NCBI GenBank assembly: GCA_049700035.1
Contig: JBNAWC010000002.1
Location: forward strand, 6,847-70,846
DNA: 64,000 nucleotides
DNA from: Candidatus Bathyarchaeales archaeon
Lineage (GTDB): Archaea; Thermoproteota; Bathyarchaeia; Bathyarchaeales; Bathycorpusculaceae
Direction of reading: 5' to 3'
Numbering within the stretch: position 1 is the stretch's first letter; the number at the start of each line of letters is the position of its first letter. A program made the position numbers and the translations under genes. Below the pieces are notes generated by a model. It was given only the letters and a program-made list of their open reading frames with translations. It did no database searches and had not been told where the DNA came from. Below, piece after piece: positions 26,207-34,919 of this stretch.

Positions 26207-27457
26207 ATGAAAGAACAGCAAACAGCACTTGACGTGGCTCTGGAACAGTTAGAAATAGCCGCTGAAAAATTAAACTTAGAACCTGGAATACATGAGATGC
26301 TGAAGCACCCCAAAAGGTCGCTAATTGTCTCCATTACGATAAGGATGGATGATGGAAGCATACACGTTTTAAAGGGATGCCGCGTTCAACATTGGGATGC
26401 ACGCGGACCATTTAAGGGTGGAATCCGCTATCACCCAAATGTAACACTTGAAGAGGTAACCGCACTTGCAATGTGGATGACTTGGAAATGCGCTGTTGTA
26501 GACATTCCATACGGAGGGGCAAAAGGTGGAATATGCTGTAATCCGAAGGAAATGTCAAAAAGTGAACTTGAAAGGCTTACAAGAAGGTACACAAGCCTAA
26601 TTCTTGATTACATTGGCCCGTACCGTGATGTACCAGCACCAGACGTTTACACAGACGCGCAAACAATGGCCTGGATAATGGACACATACAGCCAATTCAA
26701 AGGCTACAGCGTCCCAGAATGCGTAACTGGAAAACCAATAAGTGTTGGCGGCTCTGAGGGAAGAGAGGAAGCAACCTCAAGAGGAGTTGTAATCTGCGCA
26801 AGGGAAGCAGCAAAACGTTTAGGCTTAAAGTTTAAAGGCGCAACTGTCGCAGTGCAAGGCTACGGAAACGTCGGGTGGAACGCAGCAAAAATCGCACATG
26901 ACATAGGATGCAAAATTGTCGCAGTTAGCGACTCCACTGGAGGAATCTATTGCCCAGAAGGCTTAAACCCACGCAAAGTCTACGAACACAAGGCAAAAAC
27001 TGGCTCAGTAATTAACTATCCAAAATGCAAAAACATATCAAACGAGGAATTACTCGAAACAAAATGTGACATATTAATTCCAGCGGCGCTTGAAAACCAA
27101 ATAACAAGAGCTAATGCAGACAAGATAAAAGCGAAAATAATAGTCGAAGGCGCAAATGGACCGACAACCCCAGAAGCAGACAAAATACTTCGAGAAAGGG
27201 GAATTTTTCTGGTTCCAGACATCTTGGCAAACGCTGGCGGAGTAACAGTAAGCTATTTTGAATGGGTTCAAAACTTAACAAGAGAACATTGGACATTGGA
27301 AGAAGTGAACAGAAAACTCGAGAACATAATGGTGAAAGCGTTCAATGACGTTTACAACTTGATGGAAAAGAAAAAGGAGGCCATGCGCACAGCAGCATTA
27401 ATGCTTGGTGTCGGAAGAGTAAGCGAAGCAATAAAAACATTGGGACTATGGCCATAA
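26207..27457 (+). CDS. gdhA: glutamate dehydrogenase (canonical ~416 aa hexameric type)
   Basis: GPFKGGIRYHP, PYGGAKGG, and VAVQGYGNVG. About 60% identity by eye to the core of the extended paralog at 21712-23490. Confidence 0.92.
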   Translation: MKEQQTALDVALEQLEIAAEKLNLEPGIHEMLKHPKRSLIVSITIRMDDGSIHVLKGCRVQHWDARGPFKGGIRYHPNVTLEEVTALAMWMTWKCAVVDIPYGGAKGGICCNPKEMSKSELERLTRRYTSLILDYIGPYRDVPAPDVYTDAQTMAWIMDTYSQFKGYSVPECVTGKPISVGGSEGREEATSRGVVICAREAAKRLGLKFKGATVAVQGYGNVGWNAAKIAHDIGCKIVAVSDSTGGIYCPEGLNPRKVYEHKAKTGSVINYPKCKNISNEELLETKCDILIPAALENQITRANADKIKAKIIVEGANGPTTPEADKILRERGIFLVPDILANAGGVTVSYFEWVQNLTREHWTLEEVNRKLENIMVKAFNDVYNLMEKKKEAMRTAALMLGVGRVSEAIKTLGLWP

Positions 27458-27592
27458 CAGAAAACTGCCGAACCCCGATTTAAAACCCAACTTTCATATA
27501 ACCTTTACATTTTCAACTTTACAATCTAAATTTTTAAACTGTTGTCCTTATATCTCTACGCAGATGCAATTCCTGAAAATGGAGAAGGAGAA

Positions 27593-28162
27593 ATGCGGGA
27601 AAACGCATTAAACATCAAAACCTTAGACTTTGAATTTGAAAATTCATTAGTGAAAGTTATTGCTAATAGAAACTGCCCTGAAATTAAACTTGGAGGGCTA
27701 AATGTAGGACCGTTTGAAGAGGGGAATGTGTATGAAGTTCAGTTCTGGGTTGCGGAGGAACTTGAAAAGGCGGGAATTGTACGTTTTCGCGAGGAAGAAA
27801 TTTTGGATGCAAAAAAGATTTACAAGATTCAGTGGATGGAACGCGTCCAAACGCCACGCCAAATATCAAAGCTCCCAGAGAACTTCTACCCAAAACTTAG
27901 AAGGTATTTAGCAGAGTTAAAGAAGGCTTCCGCCAAGTCTCCAGAAAAAATGAGGGAGTACGAAAAAAGTAGGCAAGTGATACGTGATATGGTGAACGCG
28001 CGCCTAAAAAAGATTGTTTCATTAGCAACCGCAAATTTTGGACAAACTGAACAAATCTTGAAAAACCTCACATGCGAAGAACGGCTAATTTATGAACGTT
28101 TGCGCAAGCTTATCCACAACTGGAAAGCCAAAATATTGGAGTATGAGGAGCAAGGAGAATGA
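27593..28162 (+). CDS. gins23: GINS complex subunit Gins23
   Basis: B-domain-first architecture (GPFEEGNVYEVQFWVAEELEKAGIVRF), then a helical A domain (LPENFYPKLRRYLAEL...RDMVNARLKKIV). Overlaps the mcm start (ATGA), as in the Sulfolobus gins23-mcm operon. ATG 27593 follows GGAGAAGGAG. Confidence 0.75.
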   Translation: MRENALNIKTLDFEFENSLVKVIANRNCPEIKLGGLNVGPFEEGNVYEVQFWVAEELEKAGIVRFREEEILDAKKIYKIQWMERVQTPRQISKLPENFYPKLRRYLAELKKASAKSPEKMREYEKSRQVIRDMVNARLKKIVSLATANFGQTEQILKNLTCEERLIYERLRKLIHNWKAKILEYEEQGE

Positions 28163-30207
28163 CTGGAGAATTAGAGGTTGTAAACCCCCAAGAGCAGTTC
28201 CAAGAGTTCTTCAAAACAGAAAAGTACAGACAAAGAATAGCGCAGTTGGCTGTTGCTGGCAAAACATCGCTAATAGTTGATTTTGAAGACCTCCTAATCT
28301 TTGACAACAAACTCGCAGAAAAGCTACTTGAAAAACCAGACGAGTATCTGCAATATGCCAATAATGCAGCTTATTCGCAGCTTGAAAGCGAAGACCCAGA
28401 ATACGCCGAAAGACTGGCCAGCAAACGAGAAACACTAACCGTCAGAATAGTTAGGCTATTAGAGGCAACACCATTAAGAAAACTCGGCTCAGACCACATT
28501 GGAAAACTAGTAATGATAGAAGGCATCGTTGTACGCTCAACGCCAGCACGTCCAATGGTCATACGAGCAGCGTTCAAATGCAGACGATGCGGAGAAATAT
28601 CGTTTGAGGACCAGACAGGACAATTCCTAAAGGCGCCTTTCAAATGCAGAAACCCAGAATGCGGAGCAAAGGGGCCATTTGACTTTATCCAAGAAGAATC
28701 CGCATTCATAGATTCACAAGAGTTGCGCGTCCAAGAAAGACCAGAGGATTTGCCACCAGGTCAGCTTCCAAGAACATTGCACGTCAAGCTTGTCGGAGCG
28801 GAAATCGTTGATGTCGCAAGACCAGGCGACCACGTTTCAATAGTTGGCATAGTTCGCGTTGTTGCTCCATCGCTTCCAAGAGTTGGAAAACTTCGCACTT
28901 TTAGGCTTCATTTAGATGCAAATTCCATAGAAGTTTTGGGTAAAGAGCCAGAGACAGCTCTTCCGTCACCAGAGGAAGAGGAAAAAATCTTGGAGTTGGC
29001 AAAGGACCCGTGGATACATAGGAAGATAATAAATTCGATTGCACCGTCAATTTATGGCTATGACCACGTGAAAGAGGCGATAATGTACCTTCTCTTTGGC
29101 GGAGTGCCAAAAAATCTTCCAGACATAACAATAAGAGGCGAAATAAATACCCTCCTAATAGGCGACCCAGGAACCGCTAAATCACAACTTCTGCAATATG
29201 TTGCGAGAATTGCACCGCGTGGACTTTACACTTCTGGACGTGGCACAACAGCCGCCGGCTTAACAGCAGCGGTTATCCGAGAAAAGGGTGGAGGAATGAG
29301 TCTTGAGGCTGGCGCGCTTGTTTTAGCTGACAAGGGAATCGCTTGTATAGATGAAATGGATAAGATGCGCCCAGAAGATAGGGTTGCAATTCACGAAGCA
29401 ATGGAACAACACACAGTTTCGGTTGCAAAAGGCGGCATTGTAGCAACTCTAAACGCAAGAACAGCAATTCTTGCGGCTGCAAATCCCGCTTTCGGAAGGT
29501 ACGTGCCGGAACGTGCAATAGCCGAAAACATCTCTTTGCCGGTTACGATACTCTCTAGGTTCGACTTGATTTTCGTTTTAAGGGATGTGCCAAATAAGGA
29601 GTTAGACGGCAAAATGTCAGAACACATTTTGGAAATGCATAGAAAAAGTTCAAGCCCAACGGAACCTCCAATACCAACGGAGCTTCTGCGAAAATACATA
29701 AGCTATGCTAGGGGAATAAAGCCGGTTCTAACGCAAGAAGCATTACAAAGACTTAGGGACTTTTATTTGGCAATGCGTGCCGTAAGCGAATCAGAAGGCT
29801 CACCAGTCGCAATTACAGCCAGACAGCTTGAATCGCTTGTGCGCATAGCTGAGGCAAGAGCCAGAGCAGCACTAAGAAAAGAGGTTTTAGCCGAAGATGC
29901 TGAGGCAGCCATCGCAATAATGAAAAGGTCGCTTGAAGAAGTTGGCATAGATGTTTCCTCCTTTAAAATAGACATAGATACAATAATGACTGGAAAGCCT
30001 AAAAGCATGAGGGACAAGCTTCACGTTATCATTTCAAAGTTGATGGAGATGGAAAAAGAGACGGGACTCGTTGAAAAAAGGGCGCTTATAGATGAATTGG
30101 AGAGTAAACATAAGATTCAAAGAGCTGAAGCAGAACGCTTGATAGGACAATTATTACGCGAAGGAACAATATACGAGCCTAGAGAAGGCTACTTAAAGAA
30201 GACATAA
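28159..30207 (+). CDS. mcm: MCM replicative helicase
   Basis: Zn finger CRRCGE...CRNPECG, Walker A LLIGDPGTAKSQ, Walker B CIDEMDKM, and arginine finger SRFDLIF. Confidence 0.95.
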   Translation: MTGELEVVNPQEQFQEFFKTEKYRQRIAQLAVAGKTSLIVDFEDLLIFDNKLAEKLLEKPDEYLQYANNAAYSQLESEDPEYAERLASKRETLTVRIVRLLEATPLRKLGSDHIGKLVMIEGIVVRSTPARPMVIRAAFKCRRCGEISFEDQTGQFLKAPFKCRNPECGAKGPFDFIQEESAFIDSQELRVQERPEDLPPGQLPRTLHVKLVGAEIVDVARPGDHVSIVGIVRVVAPSLPRVGKLRTFRLHLDANSIEVLGKEPETALPSPEEEEKILELAKDPWIHRKIINSIAPSIYGYDHVKEAIMYLLFGGVPKNLPDITIRGEINTLLIGDPGTAKSQLLQYVARIAPRGLYTSGRGTTAAGLTAAVIREKGGGMSLEAGALVLADKGIACIDEMDKMRPEDRVAIHEAMEQHTVSVAKGGIVATLNARTAILAAANPAFGRYVPERAIAENISLPVTILSRFDLIFVLRDVPNKELDGKMSEHILEMHRKSSSPTEPPIPTELLRKYISYARGIKPVLTQEALQRLRDFYLAMRAVSESEGSPVAITARQLESLVRIAEARARAALRKEVLAEDAEAAIAIMKRSLEEVGIDVSSFKIDIDTIMTGKPKSMRDKLHVIISKLMEMEKETGLVEKRALIDELESKHKIQRAEAERLIGQLLREGTIYEPREGYLKKT

Positions 30208-30231
30208 TTTAAAAATGAAAAGAGAATGCGG

Positions 30232-30792
30232 CTAGTGCGCTGCTTCAACGTTAGATTCCTTGTAGTACTGCGCGTTTGCCGTAAACACCGTTATGCCTAT
30301 TGTAACGCCGATGTCGCTAACTGACACGTGGTCCGGGTTGGTTATGTAAATTATCATGCTCCAGCCAGACCGTAAAATTAAATCGTCACTAGCTTGCTGC
30401 AAGCTGTAGTCTCCAGAAGGCAAGTCCACCACCTTGCCGATGAGTGTGCCACTTTCATCCGGAGCAATGTAGGGCAAATCCTCGTTAACAGTTTCCAGAG
30501 TTTTGTTATAGTAAACGTTGCTCCATTGGCACTCTTGACCTCTAACAGATATCTTGTCAATCACAAGGTCGCGTCCACCAGTGTTAATTATTAGGAATGC
30601 TGCTTCAGAAAACGTTGTTCCATTGTGCCATATATGCAATTTGAATATTTGGAGACTTTCCTCCTGAACTCTTGTTGTTGTTACGTTTATTGCGTAAAAC
30701 GTCACGACAGTCGCTAACAGCACTGAAACAACCAGTATTATCAATGTTGTAACTACTACGCTTAATCCTCTTTTATTCTTAAACACACGCAT
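30232..30792 (-). CDS. archaeal type IV pilin-like protein (class III signal peptide, DUF1628-like)
   Basis: N-terminus MRVFKNKRG/LSVVVTTLIILVVSVLLATVVTFYAI. This is a basic leader, KRG-LS prepilin-peptidase-type site, then a hydrophobic helix. Confidence 0.65.
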   Translation of the reverse strand: MRVFKNKRGLSVVVTTLIILVVSVLLATVVTFYAINVTTTRVQEESLQIFKLHIWHNGTTFSEAAFLIINTGGRDLVIDKISVRGQECQWSNVYYNKTLETVNEDLPYIAPDESGTLIGKVVDLPSGDYSLQQASDDLILRSGWSMIIYITNPDHVSVSDIGVTIGITVFTANAQYYKESNVEAAH

Positions 30793-30982
30793 ATGTTATC
30801 CCAACTGAAATTTCTGAAAAATTAATGGAAAGGGAAAGTAAGTTTCTTTGTACGTAACAAAGGCTAACGCAATCTAAAGATTATTATCTTAATATTTGAT
30901 TAAAACTTAAAACTTCACAGAAATATCTAAAATTAACCTTACAAGAAACGCTTCGGAGAATCATGTTAACGGATGGAAATGT

Positions 30983-32077
30983 ATGGCAATAATGGTCGTC
31001 GTGGGCACACGTCCAGAAATAATAAAAATGGCTCCAGTCGTCAGGGAAATGCAAAAACGCGACATGCCCATAACATTTGTCCATTGCGGTCAACACTACG
31101 ACTATAACATGTCACAGCAGTTCATCGACGAACTCGAACTTCCAACACCAGACTATGGGTATAAAGTGAAGGCGCGCTCGCAAGGAATACAAACCGCAAG
31201 AATAATGGCTCACATGGAAAAACTAATGAAAAAAATTTCACCATCACTCGTCCTCGTAGAAGGTGACACAAACGGAGTTCTTGCAACAGCGCTAGCCTCG
31301 GTTAAACTCGGCATACCCGTGGGACATGTGGAGGCTGGTTTAAGAAGTTTTGATTTACGAATGCCAGAAGAACATAACAGGCGTTTAACAGACCACATTT
31401 CAACATACCTTTTCGCGCCAACAAAAATTGCAGAATCCAACCTAAAAAGCGAGAACGTATGGGGCAAAATCTATGTTACAGGAAACACTGTTATAGACGC
31501 TGCAGTTCAACACCTACCAATAGCTGAAAGAAAATCGAAGATTCTAAGTGAAATACGCTTCAAAGAATTCGCATTGGTAACAGCCCACAGAGCAGAAAAT
31601 GTAGATAACATTGAAGTCTTAAAAAATTTTGTAGAAGCCCTTTCCGAAGCGCCAATACCAATTGTTTATCCCATGCACCCCAGAACGCGAAAAAGGCTGT
31701 TGAAAAACGGAATTTACTCAAAAGTCAAAAAATCAAAAAACGTTCAAGTGTTGCCGCCACTTGGATATTTTGACTTTCTTGTTTTGATGAAAAATTGCAA
31801 ACTAATAATAACAGATTCTGGAGGAATCCAAGAAGAAGCCACAGCGCCTTGCATAAGAAAGCATGTTCTTGTCATCCGCCTTTCAACTGAAAGACCAGAA
31901 GCCGTAAAAGCGGGTTTTGCAGAGGTTATCGGCGTAAAAAAGGAAGAAATAATCAACGGAATAACGAGAACACTGGAACACCCAAAACCGCTGCCGCAGA
32001 GCTCGCCATACGGAGACGGCAAAGCAGCTGAAAAAATCGTCGAAATAATTAGGGAAGAAGCAATGTTTAAAGCCTAA
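30983..32077 (+). CDS. wecB: UDP-N-acetylglucosamine 2-epimerase (non-hydrolysing)
   Basis: VVGTRPEIIKMAPV, VEGDTNGVLA, VGHVEAGLRSFD, and ITDSGGIQEEA. Confidence 0.9.
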   Translation: MAIMVVVGTRPEIIKMAPVVREMQKRDMPITFVHCGQHYDYNMSQQFIDELELPTPDYGYKVKARSQGIQTARIMAHMEKLMKKISPSLVLVEGDTNGVLATALASVKLGIPVGHVEAGLRSFDLRMPEEHNRRLTDHISTYLFAPTKIAESNLKSENVWGKIYVTGNTVIDAAVQHLPIAERKSKILSEIRFKEFALVTAHRAENVDNIEVLKNFVEALSEAPIPIVYPMHPRTRKRLLKNGIYSKVKKSKNVQVLPPLGYFDFLVLMKNCKLIITDSGGIQEEATAPCIRKHVLVIRLSTERPEAVKAGFAEVIGVKKEEIINGITRTLEHPKPLPQSSPYGDGKAAEKIVEIIREEAMFKA

Positions 32078-32847
32078 GAAATGTAAGTTATCTTTTTATC
32101 TTCTTCCTTACGAGTTTCTTCGGCCTGCAAAATTCTCTTTTCCTCAATCTTCTGCAGACGAGTAATCATCTTGTCAGCCTTTGCAATTTCCTCATTCAAG
32201 CCGCCCAAATCCAAATCAACCTTAATCAAGGAAAGCAAAACCTCTAAAACGCTTTTCGCAGCCCTTGGGTCTGGCAAATAACCCCGCGTTTCGCCTAAAA
32301 GACAAAGAGCAGCAATTTTCTTAAAACGCGCCATGCCCAGTATCAAACCAGCAGTTCCAACAATAGGGTTTCCAGCTGGACTCATTACGGCACCAGCTTG
32401 CAAAGCCTTGTTTAACAACTCCGCATCCGTTGCAGACGCGACAACTTTTGGCTTATCTTTCACTTCCATGCGGTAGCCACCAACAGTAATTATTATTTTC
32501 ACGTTGCGTTCTTTCGCAAAATTCAAGATAGCGTCAGAAATTTCATATTGCCCCTCAATCGTCTGCGCTTGGCTATCTCCGGTAAACAAAATTAGGTCAC
32601 TGCCGCCTTTGCTGTTTTTCCAGAAATAAAATGTTCCACGTAAAAGTCTCACACTTCCCTTCTTATTGACAAGCACAAAATATGGAAAATGCGGAGAATA
32701 AAGATACGCAAACTTCTCAGCCTTTAACTGCCTTATCAAGTAACGCGTGGCTATCTTGCCAACCAACCCAAGACCAGGCAAACCCTCTATTAAAATAGGA
32801 TCGTTCAACTCAGTTTTAACAAGTTCCTTAACAAAAGTTTCCTTCAC
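32074..32847 (-). CDS. PAC2 (proteasome assembly chaperone 2) family protein
   Basis: ILIEGLPGLGLVGKIATRYLI...YSPHFP pattern. GTG start overlaps the nop10 stop (GTGA). Confidence 0.75.
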   Translation of the reverse strand: MKETFVKELVKTELNDPILIEGLPGLGLVGKIATRYLIRQLKAEKFAYLYSPHFPYFVLVNKKGSVRLLRGTFYFWKNSKGGSDLILFTGDSQAQTIEGQYEISDAILNFAKERNVKIIITVGGYRMEVKDKPKVVASATDAELLNKALQAGAVMSPAGNPIVGTAGLILGMARFKKIAALCLLGETRGYLPDPRAAKSVLEVLLSLIKVDLDLGGLNEEIAKADKMITRLQKIEEKRILQAEETRKEEDKKITYIS

Positions 32848-33011
32848 TTACCGCGCCCCTCTTTCAAAATCATTCTATACTTGAGGTATTTATCATCTGG
32901 AGAAAATTTTGGTGGATGTGGCACACGAACTTTTCCACCGCAATATGGACACGTCTTCTTTTTTAAAGTGTAAGCGCCGCATTTCTCACATTTCCTCAAA
33001 AGCCAAACCAT
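32844..33011 (-). CDS. nop10: H/ACA RNP component Nop10 (55 aa; absent from the ORF track)
   Basis: My reverse-strand translation is MVWLLRKCEKCGAYTLKKKTCPYCGGKVRVPHPPKFSPDDKYLKYRMILKEGRGK. It has a CxxC...CxxC zinc ribbon plus the HPP(K/R)FSP(D/E)D signature. The ATG overlaps the aIF2alpha stop, and the gene sits in the conserved position between aIF2alpha and PAC2. Confidence 0.9.
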   Translation of the reverse strand: MVWLLRKCEKCGAYTLKKKTCPYCGGKVRVPHPPKFSPDDKYLKYRMILKEGRGK

Positions 33012-33799
33012 CACTTTTCCCTCACGAAAATCCCTTGCCCACCAGCCTTAACAACATTCGAAACAACATTTTCGACGACTCTCTGAAGTGTGCCCTCCGC
33101 GTGCTTATAATCTTCCGCCATAACTTCGATGCAGTACCTTGGCGCAGCAACAACGTAAAAACGCAACTTCGCGTCACGCGTTTTCTCAGCCTTTTTTGCC
33201 TCCAAAAAAGCCTCCTTAATAATTTTAACACCATTCGGCTTCATACAACGCAGTTCAACTATCCCCTTCACCTTAACCATCGGCACTGGTATTCTTTCCC
33301 TCGCGATTTCAACAACAGCATCGGCGATTTTCTCGGGAACCCCCATTTTAAGCAAAAAGCCAGCGCCTTCCCTCGCAGCCTTCTCAAAACTTTCATATAA
33401 GCCATACTCCTTCTCCATAAGCGCTCCAGCTTTCTCATAAACCTCCTCAACCGACAAACCAACCTTCTCCGCCACATTCCGAAGCAAATGCTCAGCTTTC
33501 CGCTCACGCTTCCAAGACAAAATCTTCTCAATCTTCTCTCTTTTCGTAACCCTCCTCAAAGAAAGGTCGATGTGCCCCTTTTCAGCATCAACCCGCAAAA
33601 CCTTTAAAACAACCTTCTGGCCTTCACGAACAAAGTCGCGAATGTTCCGTATCCAAGCAGAAGAAATTTCAGAAATATGTAGCAGCCCCTTCTTATCATA
33701 CTCATCAAGCCTCACATAAGCGCCATAATCAGTAACAGACTCAACAGTGGCTATAACCAAATCTCCAACTTCAGGCCATTCTGGCTTCTTAAAAGACAT
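33011..33799 (-). CDS. eif2a: translation initiation factor aIF2 alpha subunit
   Basis: N-terminal S1 domain (PEVGDLVIATVESVTDYGAYVRLDEYDKKGLLHISEIS) with aIF2alpha central and C-terminal domains. Confidence 0.92.
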   Translation of the reverse strand: MSFKKPEWPEVGDLVIATVESVTDYGAYVRLDEYDKKGLLHISEISSAWIRNIRDFVREGQKVVLKVLRVDAEKGHIDLSLRRVTKREKIEKILSWKRERKAEHLLRNVAEKVGLSVEEVYEKAGALMEKEYGLYESFEKAAREGAGFLLKMGVPEKIADAVVEIARERIPVPMVKVKGIVELRCMKPNGVKIIKEAFLEAKKAEKTRDAKLRFYVVAAPRYCIEVMAEDYKHAEGTLQRVVENVVSNVVKAGGQGIFVREK

Positions 33800-33820
33800 A
33801 AGGGCTACTCACACTCCACT

Positions 33821-34036
33821 TTACTCGAACACTAACACTATCTCGCCCTTTATTACCGCTTTTCCACCAGAAGGTTCTGCAAGCTCTGCACCGCAAACGT
33901 TGCAGTTAACCCTATTCGTAGCATGGCTAAAGACTATTTGTTCATTGCCACATTTGAGGCATTTCACCCTAATGAAGCTGCTCCGCGGTTTTGGAATAAG
34001 CTTCTCCCACTCGCTCATAACAAACCCCCATATCAA
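33821..34036 (-). CDS. rps27e: 30S ribosomal protein S27e
   Basis: [40 protein letters not shown] zinc ribbon. ATG 34036 overlaps the L44e stop; alternative ATG at 34018. Confidence 0.9.
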   Translation of the reverse strand: MIWGFVMSEWEKLIPKPRSSFIRVKCLKCGNEQIVFSHATNRVNCNVCGAELAEPSGGKAVIKGEIVLVFE

Positions 34037-34308
34037 GTGATTGCCAGCTTTCTGAGACGCATGCCTTCTCTATGCCTCGTGTAACCGCAAACCTTACACT
34101 TCAACTTCAAAGTCTGCTTCTTAGTGGTTTTTGCAAACTCCCTCTGAAGAGGATACTTCTGTCCACCATAGCCCTTCTTTTCCCGCTCATGATGACGCTC
34201 ACCCTTAGCGAGAGCCTTTCGCTTACCAGCCTTATACAACGTTACAGCATGCAACTGATGACTCTTACATTTTGGGCAATAGGTTCTAATCTCCTTTGGA
34301 ACATTCAC
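34033..34308 (-). CDS. rpl44e: 50S ribosomal protein L44e
   Basis: [11 protein letters not shown]...[23 protein letters not shown]...LKCKVCGY. Confidence 0.92.
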   Translation of the reverse strand: MNVPKEIRTYCPKCKSHQLHAVTLYKAGKRKALAKGERHHEREKKGYGGQKYPLQREFAKTTKKQTLKLKCKVCGYTRHREGMRLRKLAIT

Positions 34309-34364
34309 TTAGACCACATCCAGCTTTGCATAAAGAAAACACACTCACACTTATACTTTTTTAG

Positions 34365-34919
34365 CTACAAGCCCCCAAGCTCAACTTTTTCAGCTAAACC
34401 CTGCTTGACAAGAATGTTAGCATTTTCAATAGGCACAGATGCAACATCTTCAGCCTTAAACGGCCCATAAGCTTTCATATCCGCGCCAATTATCGCTGGA
34501 ACATCAACCAAAAAACGCAAAACATCCCTCTTATGCACGGTCTCAGCCTCTGCTTTTGGCAAAAGCCCACGAAGAACACTTTTAATAAAGTTCTGAACAG
34601 CATCCGCGAAGGGGGTGGCTCCACCATAAATTTTCGCTTCTTCAGCCGTCAACATATCCTGAGAAATTTTTCCACCCTCTGCCAAAACTTTAATCACTTT
34701 CCTGTAGCGCGCCAAGACAATTTCATTAACCATTCGCTTTACGTTGACTAGTTCACGTTTTAGCAGACTAGCCTTAACAGTTTTCTTATCAAGCATTCGA
34801 CTTTCTTCCCTAAGCCTCCGCATATAATCCGCAACCATAACGTAAAAGTCTGGAGGAAGCCTTTGAAGCTCTGAATTTTTGACCTCACGCTCCCAAGCTT
34901 CATACAAACTCTTATACAA
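34365..34919 (-). CDS. gins51: GINS complex subunit Gins51 (Gins15)
   Basis: A-domain-first architecture (LQRLPPDFYVMVADYMRRL...LARYRKV), then a B domain (YGPFKAEDVASVPIENANILVKQGLAEKV). TTG start directly abuts the priS stop, matching the conserved priS-gins51 synteny. Confidence 0.75.
   Translation of the reverse strand: MYKSLYEAWEREVKNSELQRLPPDFYVMVADYMRRLREESRMLDKKTVKASLLKRELVNVKRMVNEIVLARYRKVIKVLAEGGKISQDMLTAEEAKIYGGATPFADAVQNFIKSVLRGLLPKAEAETVHKRDVLRFLVDVPAIIGADMKAYGPFKAEDVASVPIENANILVKQGLAEKVELGGL

Noticed and set aside
30793-30982. Replication origin in the AT-rich 190-bp spacer downstream of mcm and the pilin-like gene
   Set aside because: There are only trivial short repeats (TAAAACT x2, CTGAAA x2, and a 6-bp stem CTTTGT/ACAAAG). 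No ORB-like long inverted repeats and no adjacent orc1/cdc6.
32909-33400. 163-aa plus-strand ORF
   Set aside because: It is antisense to aIF2alpha and to the Nop10 gene recovered on the minus strand. No recognisable domain.
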